Positions 63,469-64,000 of a DNA stretch of 64,000 bases are shown here, piece after piece. The notes beneath the pieces are model-generated. The model searched no databases. It was given only the letters and a program-made list of their open reading frames with translations, and was not told the DNA's origin. Source of the DNA: Felis catus (taxonomy: Eukaryota); NCBI RefSeq assembly GCF_018350175.1, contig NC_058382.1, positions 49,974,001-50,038,000 on the forward strand, in the 5' to 3' direction. A program made the translations under genes and the position numbers. Within the stretch, counting starts at the first letter, position 1; every line of letters begins with the position of its first letter.

Positions 63469-64000
63469 ATGTTTATGCACATTTTATGAACAAATCACAA
63501 ATACTGTATGTTTTGAGAATTTTTAGTGATCCTTTTAGATTGCTCATGTCTGGTAACAGACACTAGCATGTTGATTGGTTATGCTGTTTGTCTCTCAAAT
63601 ACTTAAAAAAACTGCACACACACAAATCAGTTTTCACTGTACATAACAAGCTGTTGTAACACACTGTTAATACATATTTTTCTCAAGCTCTAAGAGCTGT
63701 CTTATACTCTCACCCAACGTGAGCCAGCCCATATTTTTCTGTTTTATTTCTGTGACCATGAGTAGTGCAACGCTCTTGGCTTATGAGTGCCCTACTACTC
63801 TATACAGATGATGTGGTTTTCAACTGATGTTAAGAGCTGTTTACTACGCAGTGACCTTCTTTCTACAATTTATTTTGTGTTCTCATGAACATTTTTTACC
63901 TATAAAGGCAGGAAGGTAAGTTCCTTGAGGAAACTTGCCTCAAAGGAACAAAGGATGTCTTCGTGCAAATGCAGTAGAATGTGACAACCAAAACAGAAAT

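Noticed and set aside
1..64000. tRNA genes
   Set aside because: A/B-box-like motifs (tggctcagtcgg, gttcgagccc) all belong to tRNA-derived SINE heads. No complete cloverleaf was seen.
1..64000. CRISPR arrays or prokaryotic systems
   Set aside because: Mammalian DNA with no repeat-spacer arrays or operon-like structure.

Overview
Mammalian genomic DNA from a felid, judged by the many SINEC_Fc-type Can-SINEs and carnivore L1s. The window opens with the last coding exon and 3' UTR of TERF2IP (RAP1) on the + strand. Downstream on the - strand is a five-exon double-homeobox gene, which I identify as DUXB by matching it to the human protein from memory and by its position next to TERF2IP. It is a pseudogene: nonsense codons in both homeodomain helix-3 motifs, several frameshifts, and exon 2 cut off at a SINE. 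It still has a TATA box and paired-class homeodomain motifs upstream. The ORF track does not show this gene. Further along are a possible very decayed CPHXL-like exon remnant (~1.9-2.4 kb), an old ~3.3-kb-period tandem duplication (~24.3-31.5 kb) with exon-like splice signals, and a highly diverged, disabled cTAGE5/MIA2-like retrocopy (~31.9-33.8 kb). The rest is repeat-rich: nested L1s (one is TSD-flanked with both ends but lacks most of ORF2), many SINEs, MLT/MER20 relics and a ~1.07-kb polypyrimidine microsatellite. All homology calls come from manual translation and recalled sequences, not database searches. Repeat boundaries are approximate.
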